A stretch of 32,562 bases of DNA, from the NCBI RefSeq assembly GCF_001194135.2, contig NC_068981.1, positions 113,264,665 through 113,297,226 on the forward strand. Reading direction: 5' to 3'. The notes under the pieces are model-generated. The model did not search any database, was not told where the DNA came from, and was given only the letters and a program-made list of their open reading frames with translations. Position numbers and translations under genes: made by a program. Below, in pieces: positions 11,349-20,919 of the stretch; the stretch's first letter is position 1, and every line of letters starts with the position of its first letter. This DNA comes from Octopus bimaculoides. Taxonomy: Eukaryota.

Positions 11349-11609
11349 GTTGATGATTTAAAGGCCAAATTAGCTGAGCAAGAAATTGAACTTGCTGAGA
11401 AAAATGAAGATGCAAATAAACTGATTGCCATCGTTGGTGCAGAGACTGAGAAAGTTGCTCAAGAAAAAGCTATTGCTGATGAAGAAGCTATAAAAGTACA
11501 GATAATTAATGAAGAAGTGTCACAAAAAGCTAAAGATTGTTCTGATGATCTTGCTAAAGCTGAACCAGCTCTTCAAGCTGCAATGGAGGCTCTTGACACT
11601 CTCAATAAA
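11349..11609 (+). CDS. DNAH9/DNAH17-like: Axonemal dynein heavy chain (outer-arm beta type), internal exon A: stalk coiled-coil CC1
   Basis: Acceptor tttttaag|GTT and donor AAA|gtaagt. 261 bp, phase 0-0. Translates VDDLKAKLAEQEIELAEKNEDANKLIAIVG...DLAKAEPALQAAMEALDTLNK, matching the recalled DNAH9/11/17 stalk sequence (VDDLKAKLAAQE...DLAKAEPAL). Confidence 0.96.
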
Positions 11610-12610
11610 GTAAGTCCCAATTACTTTTGTATGTATGTATACATGCATATATGTGTGCGAAAAAAATGCATAGAAGCATGGATGTATATTTGAATATACA
11701 CCTGCAAGATTAAACATTCATTTATGTTGATTGAACATCATAATAAAATTGTACTAAATAATTTAAAAGAAGGCAAAAAAAAAAAAGAAATAGGTGCTAA
11801 TACTGAAAGTGACAGTGGAAAAAAAGTTTTGCATTTAATTGTATGCATGTATGTTTGTAAATGATAGCATACATGTGTGTATATGTGGATGTGTGTTTGC
11901 ATTCAGTTAATTTTACCATTACTGGCTAAATATTTCATTATTCAAAGGGAAAAATATTCTAAGGGGTTCTTTATTTTTAAATAGTTTTTTAAGGCATAGT
12001 TGCTTGTTTCTTGTGTCTTCGGTTTACCATTCTCCTCTTTATTTGAACTCTTTTCCTTTTCTTTTTGCTATTGTGTGAGGATTAGGCTTTTTTTACCTTC
12101 CTTTTCCTACCACCTCACACTCAGTTCACCTTGCACTCAAAATTCTAGCCAACTTACACCACCCATTTCTTTCCCCCTCCCCACATAACTTCTTCAACTT
12201 CAATTCTTCCTTCATTTACTTCTCTACAATCCAAGCAATAGCATCACTTGCTATTTCTCATTCTCAAATAAAAGGCAAGATCTTACATTTCATATGCATT
12301 TGAATTTAACAAGTTCCCCTATGAACTCTTCTAAAGTAGGTATATACCATAACCAAACTTCTGTTTCCTGAACAAGATATGGAATGTAAATGTTTGACAT
12401 TTTCTTAATTTTGATGCTCTGTCAAGAAGCATGGCAAGAAGTGATATAGCTGTAATGCCTACCATCACCATTATTATTATTATTGCAACTATCATTACCT
12501 TCCATCACTATTCTCATCACCAACATCAACATCATTATCAAAGTAAATCATGTGGTAAATTGCATATTGCAAAATGTTGTGACATAATATAGAAATACTG
12601 AAAATTTCAG

Positions 12611-12757
12611 AAAAATCTCACAGAAATGAAGTCTTTTGGCTCACCTCCAGCAGCAGTTATAAATGTTGCTTCTGCTGTGATGGTCCTGTTAGCTCCTGAT
12701 GGAAGGATACCTGCAGATAGAAGTTGGAAGGCAGCCAAGGCTACTGTGATGAGTAAG
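12611..12757 (+). CDS. DNAH9/DNAH17-like: Dynein heavy chain exon B: microtubule-binding domain, N-terminal part
   Basis: Acceptor aaaatttcag|AAA and donor AAG|gtaaat. 147 bp, phase 0-0. Translates [49 protein letters not shown], continuing exon A in frame (cf. recalled DNAH9 NLTELKSFGSPP...DRSWKAAK). Confidence 0.96.
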
Positions 12758-12869
12758 GTAAATATCTTACATTTCTCTAATCATCATGCTATTGTTATTA
12801 GGCAATGAACAAAAAAAAAAAGACAATACAAAAGGGTTAAGTTTTAATAAATGTTTAACACCTAAAAAG

Positions 12870-14300
12870 AAGGGTGAGAGTCTTAACATCTTGGATACTA
12901 GTCCTTCATCATAAAAAGTAAAAGAATGAGAAAATGCCGGTTGGAAAGAAATAAAAAAAGGATTAGGAGTCATATGAAAATGTGGTTTTATGGAGTAAAT
13001 TAGGTAGGGAGGAGGAGGCATGTATAGGAAGGTATCCATATATAGAGATAGGGGAGGTGTGTGTCTGTGGTGATATGGGTGCATGTGGTTTCTTGGAGAT
13101 ATGTGTAAGTGTGTGAAGGTGAGCAAATATGGGAGTGTAGTGTTGTGGCATGGTGGAGGCATGGGATGATGGTATTTTGATGTAATCATATAACATATGA
13201 GATGAAGATGTGGGGGAAGAGGGATGGGACAGGCACTGTGAGGCAATGAAAGGCAAGGTAAAAGGAAGGTGGTGTTTAAGAAGAAGCAATGATGAAAATG
13301 CTGTACAAATAGTGATAAAAAAGAAAAACTATATAAAAATAGTAAAGTGATAACACTGGCGAAAAGCTTTGAGGTTACATAACAAAAAAGTTATAAAAAA
13401 AGCAATAAAAGTAATAAAGTAATAAAAGATATGGTATAGAAGTTGTGGTTGCACCAAAGACTAAGTATTGTATTAGGTAGATGGTCAACAGAGAGGAATA
13501 TCTAAAAACGGGAAACCTGTTGCTGAGTTGGATGCTTCATGAATCTATCAGCCCATTGGTGGCCAGTTTGCCCAATGTAAAAAAAATTGCAATGGGAACA
13601 AAGTAATTGCAGCAGAAAGAGTCTTCAGTGTGGAAAGTGTGATGGTTAGGTCCAGTAAGAAAGGTGATATAAGAAAGGAAAGGGTACCTGTGACAGTGGA
13701 AGCAGGGAAGAGTCCAAGAGAGAGCAGGGTGTTGGATAGAAGCTAGGGACAAGGAAGCTGCAGAGGTTGTGGACATGTTTTAAGAAGGAGATGAGTGAAA
13801 TGGAGAAGAAACTGCAAGTTTCAGGGTCAGATTGAAGGTGGCAGAAAAGGTGGAGAATGGTGCACTGTAAAGGCAGAATGGTAGGTCCATGGGTGAAAGG
13901 GAAGCAAATACAATGTATAGAACTCTGGACATAGGGTGTAAGGCCTGAGGTACAATAACTGCATAGGTATGGAAGAAAGTAGGGTGAATAAGGGAGGGAA
14001 AGTAATTGCATCAAATGAAAAGGTCAGCCTAACGTTGAGCTTGCATCTTAGAAATCATGGTTACTGCTGCAAGGGTGCTGGAAATGAAGGGATTTGGAAT
14101 AAGGGATATAGCATTTGGTGTGAGTGGAGTGTGAGGAAGAAAAGTTACAGTAGGAATAGGAGTCAGTGGGTTTGTGGAAGATGGGTGTGGAGAGTGTGAA
14201 GGTCAGGTGGTAATTGGAGATGAGGAATGTCAAAGAAATGGGGGGAAATTCCAGAGATAGAGGACATGAACTGAAGAGAGGGATGAAAAGTTCTGACAAA
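12870..14300 (-). mobile_element. Decayed Penelope-like element (RT thumb plus GIY-YIG endonuclease) in the intron between exons B and C
   Basis: Minus-strand fragments: PIFHKPTDSYSYCNFSSSH...IPYSKSLHFQHPCS (cf. recalled YYKPTDSHSYL..TSSHP...IPYSQ), CHLQSDPET, and YIGQTGHQWADRFMKH (13579-13531, GIY-YIG YIG motif). These are followed by a pyrimidine-rich 3' region and a hammerhead-like relic. Heavily frameshifted. Confidence 0.82.
12885..12912 (-). ncRNA. Degenerate, probably inactive hammerhead ribozyme core of the Penelope element
   Basis: The minus strand reads ATGATGA-AGGA-CTAGTA-TCC-AAGA-TGTT, against the PLE hammerhead pattern CTGATGA-stem II-GAAA-CGT. Both catalytic boxes are mutated. 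Confidence 0.45.
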
Positions 14301-14503
14301 GGAAATGAAAGTATTTAGCTCTATGTGAGAAAAAAGAGTAAATTTTATGAAAAATAAATTTTGTAAAATTTCAACACTTTATATTAATTGCAACGTTTGT
14401 GAAAGTTATTTTTCTTTTATAAAAATCTTTTTTATTAAAATGGAAGTTGATAAGATCAACACTGAACTAAAAATTTTAATTTAGTATTTAATTTTTAATT
14501 TAG

Positions 14504-15307
14504 GTGGATAGCTTCCTGACTAATCTGAAAGAATATAACAAGGAAAATATCCATGAGAATTGCCGTAAAGCCATTCAGCCATACCTTAATGACAAAGATT
14601 TCAATCCTGAATTTATTCATGCTAAATCCACTGCAGCAGCTGGTCTTTGTGCATGGGTAATAAACATCATGAAATTCTATGAAGTATTCTGTGAAGTAGA
14701 GCCCAAAAGAATTGCTTTGAATGTAGCAAATGCTGAGTTGGCTGCAGCTCAGGAAAAGTTAGCCTTTCTTCAAGCAAAGCTTGTTCAATTAGAACTGTCT
14801 TTAGCCATTCTAACAGCTAAATTCCAAAAGGCAACTGATGCTAAACTAAAATGCCAAGCTGAGGCTGATGCTACTAATAATACTATTGTACTGGCAAACC
14901 GTTTAGTAGGTGGATTAGCTTCTGAAAATGTCCGCTGGGCAGAATCAATCAATATTCTAAAAGAGCAGGAGAAAACTTTGCCAGGTGATATACTCCTTGT
15001 ATCATCTTTTGTATCATACCTTGGTTGCTTCACCAAATCATATCGCATTGAACTCCTTGAAAAAACTTGGATGACAGCTTTAGGAAATAATAAAGATATC
15101 ATTCCAATATCCAGTGAATTTGAACCTCTGTCTTTGCTGATAGATGACACAATTATTGCTAAGTGGAACAATGACTGGCTACCAAGTGACAAGATGTCTA
15201 TTGAGAATGCCACTATACTAACAACTTGTGAACGATGGCCCCTTGTCATAGATCCACAGTTGCAAGGAATAAAATGGATCAAACAAAACTTTGCTGCAAA
15301 CCTAAAG
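14504..15307 (+). CDS. DNAH9/DNAH17-like: Dynein heavy chain exon C: rest of MTBD, CC2 and start of AAA5
   Basis: Acceptor ttaatttag|GTG and donor AAG|gtatgt. 804 bp, phase 0-0. Contains VDSFLTNLKEYNKENIHENC, AAAGLCAWVINI, LANRLVGGLASENVRW and RWPLVIDPQLQGIKWIK, all hallmark dynein motifs. Confidence 0.97.
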
Positions 15308-16083
15308 GTATGTTACTCTACTGAAGTGTCTTCGGGTTAACTGTATCAATGTTTTGTGGATATTGTACTTCAGCACTGACTGATGTCAGGTAAATTGGTA
15401 AGTTCAAAATAAAGTTCTAACAGTTGGAAAAGAAAATGAGTCACTGCTATTGATTAAGATATCTAATTTACAGTATTGTCATTAAAAATGGTTGTAATGT
15501 GCTATAAAAGTTATACTCCTACCTCTTTGGTTTGAAACATCATAGCCTATCTGCAGTGATTCCCAGTATAAAAGTGTAACAACAGTAAGGGTAGTGTAGT
15601 TCAAACTTTTTCTGGTACTTAAAGAATTTCAGCTTGCTCTGAAAACTAATGAAAGCTTCTTGAAAAATACATTTCCTCTGCTACTTACAATGATGGATTG
15701 TATCTTCTCAATCTATCCATTTATATAAGCAGGATTGTTAGCAATTAAGTATCTGTACCGATGCCTACATATGATTAATTCAGTTGATAAATTCAACATA
15801 TGTATTGTCATATTTTTACTTCATAATTTTGTTACAAATATTCATTTTGAACCATGTAAAATAACATAAGAGAATTAGATATTAAATTGAATTGTTGCAA
15901 GTAGCAGTTTAAGGAGAAAACATGAGTAGGAATTTCAGACTATGGATTTAAGGTATTTAATATGTCACCTGGGAATGTGACATTTGTTGGATGCTTTATG
16001 GGCTTGGCTACCAGTTGACTGATTTATAAAGCTGCTCATCCATTGATCATAAGTACTCTAAAGTTTGATACTTTTCATTTCAG

Positions 16084-16224
16084 ACAGTTCGTATTGGTCA
16101 AAAGGGTTACATGGATGTGATAGAAGCTGCTGTTTCAAGTGGAGATACTGTCCTGATTGAAAATATTGGAGAGTCCATTGACCCAATTCTAAACCCTTTA
16201 CTTGGAAGAAATACAATTAAAAAG
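16084..16224 (+). CDS. DNAH9/DNAH17-like: Dynein heavy chain exon D: AAA5 (not in the supplied ORF track)
   Basis: Acceptor tttcatttcag|ACA and donor AAG|gtatac. 141 bp, phase 0-0. Manual translation TVRIGQKGYMDVIEAAVSSGDTVLIENIGESIDPILNPLLGRNTIKK fits between exons C and E. Confidence 0.95.
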
Positions 16225-16283
16225 GTATACTGCTTAATTTAGAAACCTCATTATGAAAATATAGTGAATACAATGTCTGGCAT

Positions 16284-16456
16284 TCTTCTTCTTTTTCTTC
16301 TTTTTCTTCTTTTTCTTCTTTTTCTTCTTTTTCTTCTTCCTTTTCTTCTTCCTTTTCTTCTTCTTCTTCTTCCCCCTCCTCCTCTCCTCTTCTTCTTCTT
16401 CTTCCTCCTCTTCTTCTTCTTCCCCCTCCTCCTCCTCCTCCTCCTCCTCTCCCCCT
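16284..16456. repeat. (CTT)/(CCT) compound microsatellite running into an N gap
   Basis: Read directly. It starts 60 bp after the exon D donor and abuts the gap at 16457-17064. Confidence 0.92.
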
Positions 16457-17064
16457 NNNNNNNNNNNNNNNNNNNNNNNNNNNNNNNNNNNNNNNNNNNN
16501 NNNNNNNNNNNNNNNNNNNNNNNNNNNNNNNNNNNNNNNNNNNNNNNNNNNNNNNNNNNNNNNNNNNNNNNNNNNNNNNNNNNNNNNNNNNNNNNNNNNN
16601 NNNNNNNNNNNNNNNNNNNNNNNNNNNNNNNNNNNNNNNNNNNNNNNNNNNNNNNNNNNNNNNNNNNNNNNNNNNNNNNNNNNNNNNNNNNNNNNNNNNN
16701 NNNNNNNNNNNNNNNNNNNNNNNNNNNNNNNNNNNNNNNNNNNNNNNNNNNNNNNNNNNNNNNNNNNNNNNNNNNNNNNNNNNNNNNNNNNNNNNNNNNN
16801 NNNNNNNNNNNNNNNNNNNNNNNNNNNNNNNNNNNNNNNNNNNNNNNNNNNNNNNNNNNNNNNNNNNNNNNNNNNNNNNNNNNNNNNNNNNNNNNNNNNN
16901 NNNNNNNNNNNNNNNNNNNNNNNNNNNNNNNNNNNNNNNNNNNNNNNNNNNNNNNNNNNNNNNNNNNNNNNNNNNNNNNNNNNNNNNNNNNNNNNNNNNN
17001 NNNNNNNNNNNNNNNNNNNNNNNNNNNNNNNNNNNNNNNNNNNNNNNNNNNNNNNNNNNNNNNN
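16457..17064. other. Assembly gap (608 N); the other gaps are at 1203-1212, 4448-4555 and 26265-26796
   Basis: N runs read directly. Three of the four gaps fall in or next to repeats. Confidence 0.99.
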
Positions 17065-20000
17065 GCGGAGACAGGGGGCACCCTTGACGGACTGAATGCC
17101 TGATCTCTAACGGCTCCGACAGGTAACCGTTGAACTGAACCATGCATTTGATGCCACCATAAATGCCCTTGATCCATCCGCGGAAATCCGGGCCTAGCCC
17201 AGCCGCCTCAAGGACCACCGCCAGATACCGATGGTCAACCCTATCGAAGGCCTTACTTTGGTCTAAATGGACCAGTGCCCCACCTTTACTGGAAACTTTA
17301 CCCACCTTGTCTAAGGTGTAGCGTAAGAGATGAAGATTGTCCTGGATCAACCTGCCAGGGATGGCACATGTTTGCACCTTCCCAACAAGCTTCTCCATGA
17401 CAATCGTCACCCTTTTTGCTAACACCTTGGCCAAAATCTTTAACTCCACATTTAGTAAAGTTATGGGCCTGAAATTACTAATATGGTTCCCCTTGCTCGG
17501 GTCTTTTCTGACTAGTGTTACCACTCCCTGACTCACAGAGCTGGGAATTCTCCCATTCTGTTGCCAGTTCGTGTAAACACAAGCCAGCAAGTGTCCGAAC
17601 AAGTCCGGCATACTACTCGTAGGGCAGACCATCCAGTCCTGGCGACTTGTCCCGAGCGCATTCGGCCAGCACCTCTTCGACCTCCGCAGCTGTGATCGGC
17701 CCTTCACAGCTCTTCACCTCACGCACCGAGAGTCACGGTCCGTCAGCCAGGAAATCCCTTAAGGGCTTCCCATGGTCCAACGCTTCATTCGTCCCAAACA
17801 ACTGTGCAAAATACTGATGAAAGGCTTTCTGCATCTCCTCCTGTCCTTCGATCCAGTGCCCCTGTTCGTCAATTAAAGACTGTACAGAAGTTTCTCTGCC
17901 TCTCCAACTCTCCACATGACGGGCCCATCCAGCAATATTAGTACCTTCTCTGCCTACCGTGCGTAACTTAGCCCTGATTCTACCACCTTCGTGTTTGGCT
18001 TGGAGGTGACGGAATAATACCGATCTCACCGGCAACACTCTGGATGCAGAGCCTGATGCTGTGGCCTCCTCTAACTCCTTAGTTAATTGCCCTTCTAATC
18101 TAAATTCCTCTACACTTAGCTTTTTGCTAAATCTAAGAAATTCTAAACGTATAGCTCTTTTGAGGGCACACCACCATCTGTTATTCTCGATGGCTCCACA
18201 TAATGCCCTCTGCACTAACTCCTTAACCCGTGTATGGAAGATTTTACTAGTCAAAATAGACTTGTTCATCTTCCAGTACCCGGGTCCCTGTCTATGACAC
18301 TTAGCTAACTGTATCTCACACGTCGCAAATTTGTGATCCGTGTAAGAAGTACAGTGAAATTGTGGACAACTAACTATACCTCTATCACTATCTTTTATAA
18401 TTACTCTATCTAAGTAAGACCTTTGTGAACTGTCGTTATTAGACCACGTCCACTGTAGAACGAGCAGTTCATCCAGTCTGTAGCAGTCTACTAGTTTATA
18501 GCTTGCTAGTAGCCTTTTTAGGCCAGGGCTTTCTCTTCTATTCGTCAAGTCACCACTATCCACTCGCACGTTGAAAATAGTGTTGAAGTCTCCTGTTAAA
18601 ACGAAAGTTTTCGATGTCACTAGGAAATTTTCCAAGTCTCGAAAGAAAACCGTTTGTCTATCCTCCTGTGGGGCATAGACTGCTACCAACCTGAAGGACT
18701 GCTTACTCACATGTGACACATCCAGAACGACCAGCCTACCTTCTGGGTCTAGAAAGACTGTACTTACCTGTACGTCCAAGCTTTTTTGACACCCCCACTC
18801 CTTCCTTGACTCGGAGAAATAAATTTCTTGTAGTCGTTCAGAAGAGGCGAGAATGACAGTGGGCTGTTCAGCTTGGACTCAGTCACAACACATATATCTA
18901 TCTTTCGCGACCTGAGGTCATCTAGGAGGTATGTCTGCTTTCATTTTGACCCCAGGCCATGTACATTCACACACCCTAACTTAACTTCCATGATAAAAAG
19001 CGGTTACATTACCTTTAAATTTGCAGGAGGGGCTTCACGACTTTCATCATCCCCTCCTCCTGTATCGTTTTTGTCTGGTGTAGCCATTGGTGTTAGTATT
19101 ATTTTTTCCTTTACAATAAACTGACTCATGTCATAGATATCGTCTGTATATTGCTGTTTGAACTGTTCATAGTGTTCCGCACTAATCCTTGCCAACCGTA
19201 TGTGTGACGGTTTACCTTCAATAGGTCCCAACACTGTATAATTTTCTTTTGTAATTATTCCATGTAACGCTTCATTTTTCGAATTGTACAAAACAATTCT
19301 TTCTTGTGGAGGTTTAGGGGCGGGTTTCAATTTGGGAGTGGATGGGGGTATTTATTTTGTCTTTTTTTCTTGAAGGGGGAGGGGAGTCTGGGCCAAGGGG
19401 TTTTTTCCTTTCATTAGTTACTACTTTGAACTTCATTTCTTCTTCGCTTTATTTTTCTATTGTGTTTTCCAGCATTTTATTTTTTCCTTGGTTGTCATCT
19501 TTTTTCTGTTGAGCTTTATCTGGTATTTTTTCCTCCTGTTAAGGAAAGACCTCTATTTTTTTCTGTGTAGGTTTTTTTACTTTTATGCATTCGGAACGGA
19601 CGTAGCCCTTGTCACCACATTTGAAACATCTGGACCGCCGTCCCTCCACCAACACTCTTGCACTGAGTCCCTCCCCTATGAAAATCCTGTCTGGTCTGGT
19701 TTCGAGGGTTTCCTTTGAAGCTTGGACTAAGAGTTCTAGAGTCTGCCCCTTCCAATTGAGTGCATCTCTTTTTCTCATTGAGAGGATATTGACTTGTTCT
19801 TCCACATCGTATATTAGTGCTGCTACCTTCCAGTACACATCATACCTGGCTGGAATCTCGTCTATTGTAATTTTAGCTGTTCTCCAGCCAAGGTACATGG
19901 GTAATAAGATTATTTTGTCCATCTTTAGTGTTAGAGTTGATGTTTCCTTTGCTACTTAGGCGTTTTCAAATTGCACCTCTATTGTAGCATTTCATGGGCC

Positions 20001-20520
20001 TCTTCCAACATATTTTATTTTTTCCCACACACGGAGCAAGGTACTTTTCAATTATATCCGTCTTCATCATCATGATGCGTTTCTCCTTGCAGTTGTATAC
20101 CTTATATATCACAGTTTTTACCACCAAATCTTTTATGATTTCCTTTGGTGGAATTAACCTGGTTTCGTTGTCAGTTCGTTTTATCAAATTTCTATGCTTA
20201 AACAACTGTTTGGGTAAGATTTCAATCTCTTGAAATTGTCCACCTACGGCGGCAGAAGAACTGTTCACCTTTTTAACTTCCTGGGTTACTTGTTGATTTC
20301 CTTGTAATACTTGAACATTTTCTTCCTGTAGAATCAGGAAGTCTTCATTACAGAGTAAAAAATCTAGGCATAATGCCATTTCATCCTCCATACTGAAAAG
20401 TTTTGGTGAGAAGAAAATAAATTTTCTTTTCACAGGAACACAGAAGAACAGTTCGCAATTTTCTATTTCTTTACAAAGAGAGAAGAAAAAACAATTTTTC
20501 ACCCTGCAGGGCGAAAATTA
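17065..20520 (-). mobile_element. Tx1/L1-clade LINE remnant (ORF1 with Zn-knuckle; ORF2 APE endonuclease plus RT), antisense to dynein
   Basis: ORF1 fragments 20391-19004 with CFKCGDKGYVRSEC (19628-19587). ORF2 starts at ATG 18991: MEVKLGCVNVHGL...VTESKL, VYAP, TGDFN, SYLDR, TDH (APE), then KSPGLDGLPYE, FRPITLLNVELKILAK, LDQSKAFDRVDH, VRQGCPLSP (RT). The rest is lost in the gap at 16457-17064. The 5' boundary is approximate. Confidence 0.9.
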
Positions 20521-20672
20521 ACGTAATACGACATTCAACAGTTCAAATTGCAATACAAGTAACAATAATTATCAACATAAAAGTAACAATAATAATAGAC
20601 AGAAATAACTCACTAAATGTGGTATAAGCACAAATATATATATTTCTAGTGAAAACACATTCACTGATTACA

Positions 20673-20836
20673 AAAATTAGAAATGATCTAATTATAAATC
20701 TCACAGAGAGACTTAAGCAGCAGTGTTATGATAAAGCAGTTGTATACTGTCAACTTAATGTGACAGTCCCTATTAGGGAATCATACTGCTGCTTAAGTCT
20801 CTCTGTGAGATTTATAATTAGATCATTTCTAGTTTT
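20673..20836. repeat. Near-perfect inverted repeat: 52-bp arms (51/52 match) with a 60-nt structured spacer; MITE- or hairpin-RNA-like
   Basis: 20673-20724 is the reverse complement of 20785-20836 except at T20677/G20832. I checked this base by base. Confidence 0.92.
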
Positions 20837-20919
20837 AAAATTCTGTTAAAAATGTCTGCAAAGGCAAAAGTTCAATGCAATCTTAAATAAATTATTTTTT
20901 TAACTTATGGGCCCACACT

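Noticed and set aside
15962-15983. 7-bp hairpin ATGTCAC/GTGACAT upstream of the exon D acceptor
   Set aside because: A stem this short is expected by chance in 32 kb, and there is no other support.
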